DNA of 64,000 nt from Ginglymostoma cirratum. Taxonomy: Eukaryota. The notes under the pieces are model-generated. The model did no database searches and had not been told where the DNA came from. It saw nothing but the letters and a program-made list of their open reading frames with translations. Shown one piece after another: positions 63,425 to 64,000 of the stretch. A program made the translations under genes and the position numbers. The DNA is taken from positions 62,520,854-62,584,853 of the forward strand of contig JAHRHZ010000012.1 in assembly GCA_024137785.1 (NCBI GenBank), given 5' to 3'. The first letter of the stretch is position 1. The number at the start of each line of letters is the position of its first letter.

Positions 63425-63660
63425 ATTATGACTCAGAAAGAGATTATTCACCCCATTCTATCAGCACTGGCTCTTTAAATTAGTATTTTGGTTTAGTGCC
63501 ATTTTTGTGGCTTTTCCTGTTAAGCCTACACATTTTCTTTCCATTCCACCAATCATCCAATACCCATGTGGATGCCTCAACAAAGCCTGCCGCCACCACA
63601 ATTCAAGGCAATGTCTTCCAGACCTTAACTACTTACTGTGTAGAAAACTTTTTTTCATAT
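63425..63660 (-). mobile_element. CR1 3' remnant
   Basis: caccacaattcaaggcaatgtcttccagaccttaactacttactgtgt. Confidence 0.6.
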
Positions 63661-63667
63661 CACATAG

Positions 63668-64000
63668 TGGGAGGAGATGGCCTAGTAGTTTGTTAACCCA
63701 GAGACTCAGATAATGTTCTGGAGACCTGGGTTCAAATCCCATCATGGCAGATAGTAGAATTTGAAATCAATAAAAATCTGGAATTAAGAGTCTAACAATG
63801 ACCATGAATCCATTGTCGATTGTCAGGAAAAACTCACCTTGTTCACTAATGTCCTTCAGGGAAGGAAAGTGACCTCCTTACCTGGTCAGGTCTGCATGTG
63901 ACTCCAGACCCACAGCAATGTGATTGACTTTTAACTGTCCTATAGGCAATAACTGCCACCTGGCCAGCAACTCCCTCATCCCATGAAAGAATAAAGAAAA
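63668..64000 (+). mobile_element. SINE family B, near full length
   Basis: ggagacctgggttcaaatccc head, gttcactaatgtcc core, cccatgaaagaataaa tail. Confidence 0.85.

Overview
Repeat-rich (~41% GC by eye) vertebrate non-coding DNA, most likely intronic or intergenic sequence from a shark. The HE1/V-SINEs, HER1/CR1 LINEs and Penelope terminal repeats look like those of carpet sharks; this is an inference from repeat content. I recognise no host protein-coding gene: ORF-track entries are transposon fragments or chance ORFs. The window is a stack of decayed, often nested elements: CR1/HER1, a second CR1/L2-group LINE with its partner SINE, L2, RTE, Rex-Babar, DeuSINE-like remnants, LTR-like pieces and PIF/Harbinger remnants. 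It also holds at least three Penelope-like (GIY-YIG) families. The most striking signal is that each Penelope family carries a minimal hammerhead-ribozyme motif (CUGANGA-stem II-GAAA-palindrome) in its terminal repeat. These repeats are scattered as short fold-back insertions, several with 9-18 bp target-site duplications. Two assembly gaps lie inside such inverted-repeat elements. Element boundaries were read by eye and are approximate unless a TSD or motif is quoted.
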